Positions 12,001-19,164 of a DNA stretch of 64,000 nt are shown in pieces. Source of the DNA: a virus. The stretch lies in the IMG/VR virus record IMGVR_UViG_3300022833_000005, positions 43,937 through 107,936 of that record. One strand, 5' to 3'. Within the stretch, counting starts at the first letter, position 1. Each line of letters begins with the position of its first letter. Made by a program: the position numbers and the translations under genes. Below the pieces are notes generated by a model. That model did not search any database. It was not told the DNA's origin and saw nothing but the letters and a program-made list of their open reading frames with translations.

Positions 12001-12437
12001 CTGCTGGAGAATATGCAAATTGGGATTCTACAAATAGAGTTAAGGATAACAATGATTCTTTAAGTAAACCACAAGTGATACCTGTTATTTTTAATTTACA
12101 GAATTCAGTTAAATTAGATAGTAAACCTTATGAAGATATTGCTAATGTGTCTAGTTCAAATAGTATAATTTCTACAAACACAATAGATCCAATAAATGGT
12201 GGTACGCAATATATAGTTAAAGATCCTTCTCAAATAATAATATTAAATTCTGCAACAACAATAAGTAAGATAGCAGATATAATTAATAAGAAAAATAAAG
12301 TATCTTTACCTGCTTATAAAACTATTTCATTACGAGATAAAAAAACTTACAACGCTGAAGATGTAAATGCTAAAATGCTAGAAGCAATGGGATACAGCCC
12401 AGAGCATGCAGGTGCACTTCTTAAAAAATTATGTTAA
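3..12437 (+). CDS. Giant virion (ejected) DNA-dependent RNA polymerase polyprotein: N-terminal cargo/membrane region, zincin-like domain, RNAP core, C-terminal ADP-ribosyltransferase-like domain; probably 5'-truncated by the window edge
   Basis: Catalytic GSDFDIDK (DFDID at 9267-9281) preceded by FRIPTQ (~9147) and TDGGG (~7914), as in phi14:2 gp66-type RNAPs; AYHEVFE...EELAEEF (5199-5375); LFHGT...GIF...YA...YIV-P-QI (11917-12236). Confidence 0.88.
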   Translation: MPNYYTAQESNANWYSPKYWATGNFLWDGVVKNMGFAAGAYFTGGVYTSALKALPYASRLFSVGKAAETLAATEAGLAGTNNVANAYGKIRKLSDTFLKDYKSLNLGGRVLVAGLSTTGEAGIEALHSSNEFRQKLIDKHIEQFGVTPVGDDLEAIDIATEGAGNATFFTNVALLTATNYIQFPKILGSSYKAEKGIINGLVREIDDIAYNAGKFTSVVSKYPKLSKLNKIRPYTFSISEAFEEVSQYSATVGTQDYYNKKYNGEATSWMESIGVGITTGAFSDEGAKNALIGGLSGALMLGRGKYKQSKAKTANTAKAIELLNKTSLSDFTKETINSVNRGTVLQQDREAALKIGDILNSKNIEADYIINYLTPRIKYGRFDLVKADITEYRNLAATEEGFAQLQSEGKALESDTKEAYIARLDRFEETANNTNSLWQSLNLRYSGQLGEDGKPTYTSDVMNKMLYAAAKVADFDVRIPELSGPLASAGIDTIGIVQSLIDGNVEAFNEAIVSIKGMDILADEKEILATQLEDLSEIALERKDFIKAYEDIKNNPKEYAEAPLSGTTGEAATHSSETIKVKTKQGEIEVELGTEYFVGKGVDYSKDPLDTPVTISQFVVEGVNEDGTLKIKTQDGNIKDVSPDVLENFKIGKVSTLENNKTANFFYNNRNDIFEFNFGKNFGGRRRGRLEYQDGKLYFVYLTPKGKVAKKELNNSHFIPQKDFKMPRVSKVGNVNSPQQQEAREQFLSPAEVAAQKATLAKNRDARLEVLSQLGQEATESLEEINKNLEKQTSELNKVKEDLENIEKMKVAGLNGPKIKLNFSKATKVFTQALNKLTKLQNIIEADIADLNNQKEELELNIAYFQDFTNEISDLPEDSDEFLQELKDQVSLLVDNGKNLNNALSAANKLAKGVDKAIKDVTKLFRKTLKGAYIVDQDYSQYLSELLDLVAAGENLAVNWPLLKIEMANFALTSDLSKDATVNDNSLINAIDSVKKLTKDLADMRAEYKARKIITDRFQKIMNEYKAQVSQEEKLTNNNKLVNQLLSTADNGPVIDSSNSVAFEAESKKSNEIIPRATVPVDEDKAHQVRANLFGLNLNSFSNRDSIRGIFVTANTQDQLLPGVIERMLDNNAELIEKFKDGMIIMVMIDESGALVGVDGKPIPKESILLDNAIYQTMPSQSLTSGGMFRESTTQEVKDSVIEQYKAWQKETLSQTTLGIPQEIDASFGSTESNQNNTTSAQDAGLITEDDLEIQDLIYIPTTNKAASKGTVAFNSPFGSVFLELPNGYVKLKNRIHTKAEATAIYDSVLQLAKNMLDVSSGGINSDSSVRILSFLRGVVYWGIPKDQQGNRKETGNNSVFFEKDKATGSLMLVLSKDGTTFKFTPSQLEKNKVLIINKLEQMYNNATGSKSKDINKKFEQIISISIDGEFKSVTWLNYQSYLLSNKNPDGSQREGYQVPLSTTINPEEEGKVNRKGIYFYTTNTADDFIIPEPKAVVKPIVPKVLLPKGAPTVASTDTEFEFTVGGAPTGKWKLDGVSVNTYVSPDGKQIMFTASADTNMDNYTETISILKGGDLDAVIKTITDAGKDFKQILKQTVYNAIASELTVDASQAAYIEAITPAPEVIAQDSEFEFTVVEQSAQDQIDALEDQINNMMSDINSEDLRIAIESEADRIKPENWNKVEAFLKKNFPNLPVYRVKNIIQATNGRQAWGMFKDGAIYVYENAETGTAYHEVFEAVWKMFTDVKEQGSVINEFKSRQGTFVDRPTGKTIKYSDATAAEIKEELAEEFRDYIQDKKIPGKSKGGSFISRLFADLKNFISKFLLGKDAQSKTEELFSKIGNGYYKKHMPYATKLSMAKEGIISIDDAFATSESEFRLKTLSDRQSADVNDEMTFLLINSLIKTDRSLFNIPSLSSTEVYDNLKVGVLTTIRKKEIAINKLLKNGTDLPVGTLLSMVEQNQQLERDVVSDWTRLVERHKEYIRSFEITFDEADNVQLGEENKIKESNKFDATKIDSFKKSNVAIRLLLASNPTYSENGKPVLSSINGRKLMPVSKTFITLMNRLHKSTSIEDMMSKLGSMAMEDPAYKTLYKRITKTDATPGAVDLSKIDTTYGASLLSGMWKTFKKQNPDVKNVFIFDNGEVAVGDAALSSAANQLRSEYINSIATLAKAGKGFFTYDVKQNAYFVSKKKLGAAPTNTYTEMVSFLAQMGIPFTVAEVKRLKGSNQRVFFNAVNGIKRSLAISGKITSLSKKTLDINKRLLELGILKTAIANPEFSSTYFNVSGERTQSFIGTNAASDLHNALSSIQNLSELAGTQYEYILTDSFSKGSNIINRMFTSSGQRKPDIDLFNVAYAGGTINEAKGQQKSSANLTFTQRLAQELNMNLSGQYLNLIPGDASIEWMLNMGNPIHANDFSRGFTDVHDIFKGYFLSEFELSKEDRSIANVKNRETKDLRFFKGILGDSLHADVITTEGTAEEVYIMFETKIKEATEQFIKKDVGRYIKYLQAYGVLSNIDGTYTFKNVDLAADMDANQMIRQLTAINVNYMIANIEMHKLLYSDPYQYKDELKRTKSFNSPRQAIVSNSPKMNVAFNNVWNEGFKKGDVGYTNFTQDYFRTTTHKDVIGIVDLPGYGSYEETDGGGIISQKSYREFRIRASDWNENEELQYRYDVAFEKRDKKIKLSKSEIEILKNKNPAIKSAYTSLKPIVSGSKLGKDGNSSKFNNVVLDKYALYPLSYRILKELNADSNALKLYNKMQNEDVDYIVFDSGRKVGAETSHDTYNKDGSFNDGEYIDIVNIPFSIMSLQSEVPSKGSALVTRGSQVTKLITMDYMDNGVPSDFFSGKEISARYKAWHKLTEKDKKQRSPLYKEIVHNQELLVELTNEGFSTMLVRLGIIEKDGEYIVEDFSEATKTLRDELFKREINDNISDALTGFLDGKSVLEATPAYQQIKNILYSIVDKQIVSPKISGGLKVQIPSALLESTRTEETTINGKKGYTSDVLKFYEDKDGERVMEIMVGRWFKSPKSDAELLEYFNNTKEGQKILSGLAFRIPTQKQNSIDAIRIKQFLPEEFGDNVVVPAGIVAKVGSDFDIDKLSIYLKNVFMNKGDLKLVPFFGFGQQAKDKFAAIFDQGGLFTKEQKRQLDSLGALKAFEVEGLFDTEEGETFKDLLGQMGIVDQEDTLVTFVNEMSEIGVKDAVVNRLYKQSLENEFIQSSENLVTHPSNFQRLITPNSAEQLKALGKFIAEKTTGGTFDYTDVSNMLDRRFMARLRHSFVIGKQAIGIAAVNQTNHSLNQRSAVYVDKDRMSNVSIEDAAWLTVGNGDVNFEKFNTINIDGRNLPSLSGVTNSDGQLISDILGQFIDGYVDISKGPWIMELGAKPNVAATFMFLTKIGVPIDTVSYFMNQPIIREYLQAIENKGYSYLFIQDIVNETLEEYDNRDTSVIERIPTKTLLRGNVGKESFTAKEKNEQQFMLLEFLKYAKMASQLFEVTQGTNFDTSNFNDPYLIFKKGVQLERAKNTIISSVDEILENSFIGNLAGKLNQSRDAMANFLVSDRGTVREIIQKVLLPYTGGNINNKKFVGIARKVVNDLFDYVVQTDQNFNLALQKMLLSDKGVASQLVTFLNQVKKNPRHPLFHNHVINLLEVRAPIRGGDSLPTNITLKNTDNKVYDQNSIIYGFRELKEALEGQSDLYDNIVTLSILQSGLGNSPISFTSLLPYEDFEKIYNKSLSKIENIPNLNEFYTIGVFERNNWSKSDIVPSTSLFSKFDDRKQKFVYPSIEYLPSNVKAAITKGTVPQIATQSVSSGQVNDDYKVMSWSKDISKSAKAEMRKAGDYSYINKGLFKKVYQLDGTPLIHSYEDTKGLLREYFVYKMINAWGDSFRAQEFYTEAKESVIDNGFIKVPNEVSDATVVSLYSKEKQKKVTKSNSITVDQANSINNLKDIEPAYNQFSNFDIQYAINRLIPNSENKNVLFHGTGFENKITSFKKNKIGIFASDFTTAGEYANWDSTNRVKDNNDSLSKPQVIPVIFNLQNSVKLDSKPYEDIANVSSSNSIISTNTIDPINGGTQYIVKDPSQIIILNSATTISKIADIINKKNKVSLPAYKTISLRDKKTYNAEDVNAKMLEAMGYSPEHAGALLKKLC

Positions 12438-12438
12438 T

Positions 12439-15400
12439 ATGGCTACATGTCCAAATAAAAATTTAGAGTCTTGGAAATTACTTATATCATCAAGAGGTGA
12501 TGATATGGCTTATTACCTATGGGATAAATACGATGGTGAAGTTCCTAATGCTGAGATGACTCCTGCTATTGTAAAGTTTAATTTAAAAGCATTAGATATT
12601 CTTAATTCTGATAAAGCTATACAAGTTTTTGAAAAAGGTAAGAAGAATGGTTGGGATATTAATAAGATCTTAACAGAGCTTCAAGTACCTAAAGAGCAAA
12701 AGCAGATTATACTATCTAAAAATATATCAACTAGAGAGGAAATCATAACATCTCTATTAGCTGAAAATAGTTTTACTGTTGAGGTTAATGTAGGAGTAGA
12801 TGGGAATAAGTTTAAAAGTGATGTGTCACCTGAAAATATAAAAAGTATTAGTTTAGAAGAATACAATTCTATAAAAGTAGAAGAGATTGAAAACGGAACT
12901 AATAAATTAAAACCTGTTAAAAATGGAATGTACTTTAAAAATAAAAAAGGAGATACTTTTTTTGAACCAACAGTTGTAGAAAATAGTTCTTTTTACCGAG
13001 ATTTAACAGTTCCAGGTGGTGCTAATTATACAGAAAATGAAATATCTACACCTGCTATTACACCTAATATTAAAAGTCATGCACAATTTAGTACAGATAA
13101 TGGTATAGGGTGGTTTAGAAGTGATGAACAACTTAATGATTTAACAGATGAAACTAAATTTAGACCTGTTTATTCTTTAGATAAAATAGTTAGTTATATA
13201 GAAATTTCAACAGGATTAGAATATAATAAAAATAGTAAAAAACAAAATACACGTAGAATTTTAGAAGTACAATCTGATTTATTTCAGAAAGGTAGAGATA
13301 AAAAATCTTTAGTAAATAGTATGCCAGAAAAAGGAAACTATAAAATGTTTAAATATGGTGATTTTAATTATTTTACTGTAGATAATAAATTTTTTAAACA
13401 ACCTTTAGAAGATAAAAATGATCCCTATGGTGTACCTAAAGAAATTGAAATTAATAAATCTGAATATGATTTAGTAGTAAACAAAGAAATTAAAGAAAAC
13501 AATTTTCTTCAACTACTAAACAAAAAAGGTAATTGGGTAAACTTCTTTATACAATCTATAGTACAAGATAGTGTTAAAAAAGGTTATGAGAAAGTATTAT
13601 TTCCTACAGGTGAAACTGCTGCTAAGGTGGAAGGGCATCAAACTTTAGTTGAAGATATTGCTAAATGGGATAAAATTATAAATAAAGATTACAAAACTTG
13701 GAAATTAGAAGCTATAGATAATAATTTAGATGAAATTAACGAAAATGTTTGGAAAGGTAATATTATATATGCTAAAAATAAAAAAGAAGAATTAAAAACA
13801 CAAGGTATAGAAAAACTTAAACCTATTGAAGCTTTTTATACCAATACAGTTACTAATATACTTAATAAGTTATATGATGTAAATGAAATAACTGATGAGC
13901 ATGGTAACACTTGGAATGAAGTGACATTAGATCAAAGTTCTGTACAAGGGCAAAATATCTTATTACAAAAAGAAAACCAATCTTCAAATAAAACTAAAGC
14001 ATCTCAAGAAATTTTAAGTAAAGTTAAATTAATTATTAAGAGAATGGGAATAGATATTCAAACAATGATTGAATATTCTAAAAATAATCCTAATGTTGAT
14101 GTAACAAATGTTAATGGTTTAGCTGATTTAATTAATGGTATCATTGCTATATCTGAAGGTAAAGAAGACATTGCTCTTACAGAAGAGATGGTTCATATTG
14201 CTACAGCAATAATAGAGCAGAAAAATCCAAAATTGATTACAGAAATGATATCTAAAGTGGATAGGTTTAAAGTGTATAAAGAAACCTTTGAACAATATAA
14301 AGACATAGCTGCATATCAATTACCTAATGGTAAGCCAAACATTCGTAAAATAAAAAAAGAAGCTGTAGATAAACTTATAGCTGATCTTATTATTAATGAT
14401 GGTCAATCTTTTTCAGAACTTACAGAAGAAGAAAACAGATCTATCATAAGAAGAATGTGGGATGCAATTACAGATTGGTTTAGAGGACAACATAAAGCTA
14501 GTAATATAGATTTATTTCAAGAAAGTGCTACTAGAATTATACTAGGTAATTTTGAAGGGAATGTATTAGATTTAACTAGTAAAGAAGTTTACTATCAAGC
14601 TACAGATGCTCAGAAAAAATTACAACAAAAAATAATAGAGACCAGAGAAAGCTTAAGAAAAATAGAATCTAAAGAACCTATCAATCCTTTATTAATGGAT
14701 GAAGAAGGTGCTACTAGTTACTATGAAGTGTTAGTTGATGGTGAATATCAAAGAGTTACTAAGAGGGTAACTGATAGAGTTAAAGCTTGGTACACACAAA
14801 GGTTTGGAAAAAATAAAGATTGGACTGCTCAAGAAAAAAGAGATAATGAAGTTAAACGACAATTAGGAGTTGATTTTCATAATTATTTTGAGGAGATACA
14901 TGATAGATTTTTCAATACTGATGGTACAAGAAGAGAAAACTTTGGCCCACGTCCTAATATTCAAGATGCTACTAAAGATGCAGTGTATACTAAACTAGAA
15001 AAGTATTATGTAGATTTAATTTCTCAATTTTCTAGAGATGGAAAAAATCCATTAGTGTTTTCTGAAGTGATGGTGTATGATCCTAAACTTAAAGAGGCAG
15101 GTACAATTGATCTTCTTATCGTAGATCAAGATGGTACATCTCATATATATGATTGGAAGTTTATGAGTGTTGCCCAGGGTGCTGAAGATGTTGCTTGGTA
15201 TAAACAAGGAGCATATAATGTACAACTTGGTAGATACAAAGACATATTAAGATCAGCTTATGGTGTAAAACAAATAGGAAAGAATAGAGCTGTTCCTATT
15301 ATAATGGATTTACAAAGAGAAAATCCAAAAGACTTAAAAACTAATTTAAAAATTAAAGGAATTAAAATTGGTTCTGTAAACCCTAAAGAGATTCAAGATC

Positions 15401-18400
15401 TTAAACTTGTTCCAGTATCAGAAGAATCAGAATCTACAGGAATTAAAAAATTAGATGAGTTACTAGTAAAACTAAATGGTGTATATAAACAAATTACTAA
15501 AGATAAACCAATCACTGAAGAAGATAAAACTTTTAAAAGAGAGCGTTTAAATATTCTTAAGAAAGCTATTCGTACAGCACAGAGTACATTAAATATTGCT
15601 CCATTAGTTGATGTAATTAGAGTGATGAGGAAAGAAGGAGAGAATATAATTTCTGAATATAAAACTACATATGAAGGAAGACCTGCTACATCAGAAGATT
15701 TTAACGATGAGCAACTATCAGATTTTGCAGATAATATAAGAGAGTATGGTGATTTAGCTTCAGTGTTTCAAGATATAAACATTGACTTAAAGGATTTAAT
15801 TGAAGAAAAAGAAATTCTTGATTTAATACGTGCTGAGGCAGAAGCAATTAAAATATCCCTATATGAAATTAAAGAAATAGCTGGGGAATTTGCAGATAAA
15901 TTTATTGGTGAGAAAAATCTTGTGACTGGTTTAACTAAACCTGAAAAAGTAGTAAAAGGTTTAAGTTCTTTATTTAGAGGATTATCAGATTTACCACTAG
16001 CATCATTAAAACTTTTATACAAACTTGCTAATCGTGCAATGGGCTTTGCTAATGAAGATGCATTACAAGAAGTGAATGACCTTCTCGCAATAAGAGATAA
16101 ACTAAAAGCTAGAGGTGGAGATTTAAGAAAAACTGTACAGCAAATTTATCAAAAATCTAGTGAAGGTGGATTAGTAAATAAATTAATATACAGATATAAA
16201 AGAGAATTCTTCCAAGAGGTTGATGCAAATGCTGAAGAGGGAAGAAGAAGTAGACAGTGGTTAAAAGATAATGTTGATTTAAAAGGATATTCAATTGAAG
16301 CTTCTAAAATATTAAAAGAAAGACTTTCAAAAATTAATAAAACTTATGATGACGGTGAATTAAAAGAAAAACTTTTATTAGATGAAATGAGAAAGTGGGA
16401 TGTTTCTCGAAAAGATTTTAATGGTTTTAATAATTATGTAATCAAAAGACACCCTTTATTAAAATGGGAATCTACTGAATATATTAATCTTGCAAAAGAT
16501 CCAGAGTTATTTGAATTATATAATTATATAACTAAGATAAATAAAAAAGCACAGTCTGTAGGATATATAGAAAATAAAGTGCAATCTACATTTTTACCAT
16601 TTGTAAGAAAGACTATGGCTGAAAGTTTAGCTTGGGATTTTAGTTTAAGTTCAATAAGTAATTTTAGTGATAACTTATCAGTAAGAACTTCAGATGTAGG
16701 ATATGGGAATATTAATGAAGTTACTGGAGAGGTAGAAAATAGTATACCAAAATATTACACTTCAGATTTTACCAAGGGAGAAGATGGTGTAAATGATTAT
16801 TCTGATGTAAGTGAAGATATATTTAAGAACATGATAATGTACATTAACCATATGGAGAAGTACAAATACATGTCTGAAATAGAAGGTCAAATAAAATTAG
16901 TTCGTTCAATAGAAACATTCAAAGATCATTTACAAACTTCAAAATTTAGTAAGGTTGTAATGGATAGTAATGGTAAACCTATTATTGAAAAAGGAAATGC
17001 TGACAATGTAAAAATATTTGATTCATTTTTACAAACTGTTATATATGGTCAAAAATACACTGCTGATAATACAGATATTGCATTAGGTGATGGTTTACTT
17101 ACTAGTATTAAAAAAGGTATCAATTCTGTTGCAGGTAAAGAAGTATATAAAATTGGGGATAAACCTGGAAGTCTATCTCTAATTAAAACTATTGATGCGA
17201 TGAATAGGGCCTTTCAATTAAAGACTTTAGGATTTGAATTTATATCAGGTGCTGTAAATATATTTGGTGGTAACATACAAGTTGCTACTCAGGCAGGAAA
17301 CTACTTTAAAGCAAGAGAGTTTGCTAAAAATGAAATGATGTTAGTTGGTAATCGATTTAAGAACGATGATGAACGAAGTATGTTTATTCAACTTATTGAT
17401 AAATTCATGCCATTAAAAGATGATCCTACTTATGAGAAGATGAAAGCTGCAGGAATGTCTAAACTTACTCAGCAAAACTTTTCTGATATGTTATTTGTAT
17501 TCTTTAGAGAACCTGAACAACATTTAGAAAAAACAATATTCTACACATTGTTAGATAATATGATGGTTGAAGATGGTAAGGTTGTTAGTATTAGGGAGTT
17601 TGTAAAGAATAAATATAAAGATAGGTATAGTTCTGCAAGTAATTTTAGAGATTCTAAACAATCTATAGATGCAGAAATAGAGTCACTTAAAAAAACAAGA
17701 TCTATAAATTCTACTAAAAAATTAGTAGATGGTGAATTAGTTATACCAGGATTAGATTTAAGTAATAGAGAAGAGTTACAGCGTCTAACTAATTTATCAA
17801 GAAGTATTTCTAGAAATGCTACAGGTAACATGACAGATTTTGATACTAGTAGAATGAACATGAGTGTTTGGACTAGATCTATGATGGTGTTTAAAGGTTG
17901 GATTCCTAAACTTTTAGATACTAGATTTGGAGAATTTAGAAAGATAGCTGATGATTTCTCTGTAGAAATTGGAGAAGATGGAATGACTACTGGAGATAAA
18001 TATGATGTTGGTAGAGTTAGGTTATTTGGATCCTTTTTAAGTTTAAATATTGCTAAAACAGTTAAAGAAATAAATGATGTACTTATTGTAAATGATTCTG
18101 GTATTCTTAAATTAGATGAAATGTATGCACAATATGCACAATCTTATTTTGAAAGAACAGGTGATGAGTTACAAATGACTGCAGAAGATTTCAATGACTT
18201 AATAAGAAACAATTTACGTAATCAACTTAAAGAACTTGCAATTCTTATGTCATTATTTGGAGCCACCTTAGCTTTAGGGTTTATGGAACCAGAAGATGAT
18301 GAAGATAAAGCACATAAAAACTTTTATAGATTTGCACAAAGAGTTGTAGATAAATTTACAAGTGAATTGATGTTCTTCTATAATCCTATAGAAATGAAAA

Positions 18401-18663
18401 ACATCCTAGATGGGGGAATATTCCCTGCCATAGGATTAATAACAGATGTAGGAAGATTTACAGATCATTTCTTTATGGAGACTACAGGATTAGATTGGTC
18501 AAACACAGATCTTACAGCAGTTGAAGTGAGAAAAAAAGCTCAACCAATAAAGAATTTAATGAAAATGCTTCCTGTAAGTAAATCATTAGTTACATATCTT
18601 GCTATATCCAACTCTAAATTTGCTAAAGAGTTTGATGTAACTATTCAGAAACAAAGTAGATAA
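12439..18663 (+). CDS. Large virion ejection/polyvalent protein with PD-(D/E)XK nuclease-like and degenerate metallopeptidase-like domains
   Basis: Start moved to the ATG at 12439 (MATCPNK), right after the RNAP stop; RILEVQSDLFQ motif (~13255); TEEMVH (~14180); AGTIDLLIV...IYDWK...YNVQL nuclease motif (~15095-15230); long helical C-terminus. Confidence 0.7.
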   Translation: MATCPNKNLESWKLLISSRGDDMAYYLWDKYDGEVPNAEMTPAIVKFNLKALDILNSDKAIQVFEKGKKNGWDINKILTELQVPKEQKQIILSKNISTREEIITSLLAENSFTVEVNVGVDGNKFKSDVSPENIKSISLEEYNSIKVEEIENGTNKLKPVKNGMYFKNKKGDTFFEPTVVENSSFYRDLTVPGGANYTENEISTPAITPNIKSHAQFSTDNGIGWFRSDEQLNDLTDETKFRPVYSLDKIVSYIEISTGLEYNKNSKKQNTRRILEVQSDLFQKGRDKKSLVNSMPEKGNYKMFKYGDFNYFTVDNKFFKQPLEDKNDPYGVPKEIEINKSEYDLVVNKEIKENNFLQLLNKKGNWVNFFIQSIVQDSVKKGYEKVLFPTGETAAKVEGHQTLVEDIAKWDKIINKDYKTWKLEAIDNNLDEINENVWKGNIIYAKNKKEELKTQGIEKLKPIEAFYTNTVTNILNKLYDVNEITDEHGNTWNEVTLDQSSVQGQNILLQKENQSSNKTKASQEILSKVKLIIKRMGIDIQTMIEYSKNNPNVDVTNVNGLADLINGIIAISEGKEDIALTEEMVHIATAIIEQKNPKLITEMISKVDRFKVYKETFEQYKDIAAYQLPNGKPNIRKIKKEAVDKLIADLIINDGQSFSELTEEENRSIIRRMWDAITDWFRGQHKASNIDLFQESATRIILGNFEGNVLDLTSKEVYYQATDAQKKLQQKIIETRESLRKIESKEPINPLLMDEEGATSYYEVLVDGEYQRVTKRVTDRVKAWYTQRFGKNKDWTAQEKRDNEVKRQLGVDFHNYFEEIHDRFFNTDGTRRENFGPRPNIQDATKDAVYTKLEKYYVDLISQFSRDGKNPLVFSEVMVYDPKLKEAGTIDLLIVDQDGTSHIYDWKFMSVAQGAEDVAWYKQGAYNVQLGRYKDILRSAYGVKQIGKNRAVPIIMDLQRENPKDLKTNLKIKGIKIGSVNPKEIQDLKLVPVSEESESTGIKKLDELLVKLNGVYKQITKDKPITEEDKTFKRERLNILKKAIRTAQSTLNIAPLVDVIRVMRKEGENIISEYKTTYEGRPATSEDFNDEQLSDFADNIREYGDLASVFQDINIDLKDLIEEKEILDLIRAEAEAIKISLYEIKEIAGEFADKFIGEKNLVTGLTKPEKVVKGLSSLFRGLSDLPLASLKLLYKLANRAMGFANEDALQEVNDLLAIRDKLKARGGDLRKTVQQIYQKSSEGGLVNKLIYRYKREFFQEVDANAEEGRRSRQWLKDNVDLKGYSIEASKILKERLSKINKTYDDGELKEKLLLDEMRKWDVSRKDFNGFNNYVIKRHPLLKWESTEYINLAKDPELFELYNYITKINKKAQSVGYIENKVQSTFLPFVRKTMAESLAWDFSLSSISNFSDNLSVRTSDVGYGNINEVTGEVENSIPKYYTSDFTKGEDGVNDYSDVSEDIFKNMIMYINHMEKYKYMSEIEGQIKLVRSIETFKDHLQTSKFSKVVMDSNGKPIIEKGNADNVKIFDSFLQTVIYGQKYTADNTDIALGDGLLTSIKKGINSVAGKEVYKIGDKPGSLSLIKTIDAMNRAFQLKTLGFEFISGAVNIFGGNIQVATQAGNYFKAREFAKNEMMLVGNRFKNDDERSMFIQLIDKFMPLKDDPTYEKMKAAGMSKLTQQNFSDMLFVFFREPEQHLEKTIFYTLLDNMMVEDGKVVSIREFVKNKYKDRYSSASNFRDSKQSIDAEIESLKKTRSINSTKKLVDGELVIPGLDLSNREELQRLTNLSRSISRNATGNMTDFDTSRMNMSVWTRSMMVFKGWIPKLLDTRFGEFRKIADDFSVEIGEDGMTTGDKYDVGRVRLFGSFLSLNIAKTVKEINDVLIVNDSGILKLDEMYAQYAQSYFERTGDELQMTAEDFNDLIRNNLRNQLKELAILMSLFGATLALGFMEPEDDEDKAHKNFYRFAQRVVDKFTSELMFFYNPIEMKNILDGGIFPAIGLITDVGRFTDHFFMETTGLDWSNTDLTAVEVRKKAQPIKNLMKMLPVSKSLVTYLAISNSKFAKEFDVTIQKQSR

Positions 18664-18728
18664 TAGGTTTAATGCTATATTATAATCCTATATTTCTTAT
18701 AATATTTGTAAAATACATATATAAAACA

Positions 18729-18736
18729 TAAATTTG
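18729..18736 (+). promoter_or_regulatory. Bacteroidota-type -7 promoter box (TAAATTTG) with -33 TTTG at 18705-18708
   Basis: Matches TTTG-N20-TAnnTTTG; intergenic. Confidence 0.6.
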
Positions 18737-18741
18737 TACAC

Positions 18742-19140
18742 ATGAGAACAGCTGAAATTTGCCCAACTTGTGCCACATTCCAAAATGCTGAATGCATTAT
18801 TTACAATGGCCCATACCTTTCTAATATTATTGTAAACCCTTTAGATAGTTTACAAACTATATTAATTGCAATTAATAATAACTTAATTCCTTTAACAGGA
18901 ATAACTGCAACACCTCCAGCAGGTGTACCTGCAACTTTTGTAGGTCAGTTATATTTAAGTCCAAATAGTCCATTAGTATATTATGCATCCACTTCGGGTA
19001 CTGCTGATGATTTTGAGGTATTAATAACTGCACCAAAAACAGGAGTTCCTCAATTTTCAAATAATGCAGCTGCTGTATTTGCAGGTTTAATTCCTGGACA
19101 AATATATAGAACAGCAGACTTTCTTAAAATAGTTTATTAG
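18742..19140 (+). CDS. Putative virion protein with a Cys-rich N-terminal module paralogous to the fibre N-terminus
   Basis: CPTC...ECIIYNGPYL resembles C...CP...ACVFYEGPNL of the next gene. Confidence 0.6.
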   Translation: MRTAEICPTCATFQNAECIIYNGPYLSNIIVNPLDSLQTILIAINNNLIPLTGITATPPAGVPATFVGQLYLSPNSPLVYYASTSGTADDFEVLITAPKTGVPQFSNNAAAVFAGLIPGQIYRTADFLKIVY

Positions 19141-19164
19141 AGAAATAACAAAATTCAATATTAT

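Noticed and set aside
302-17861. Short minus-strand ORFs inside the two giant genes
   Set aside because: Fully nested antisense frames with no motifs
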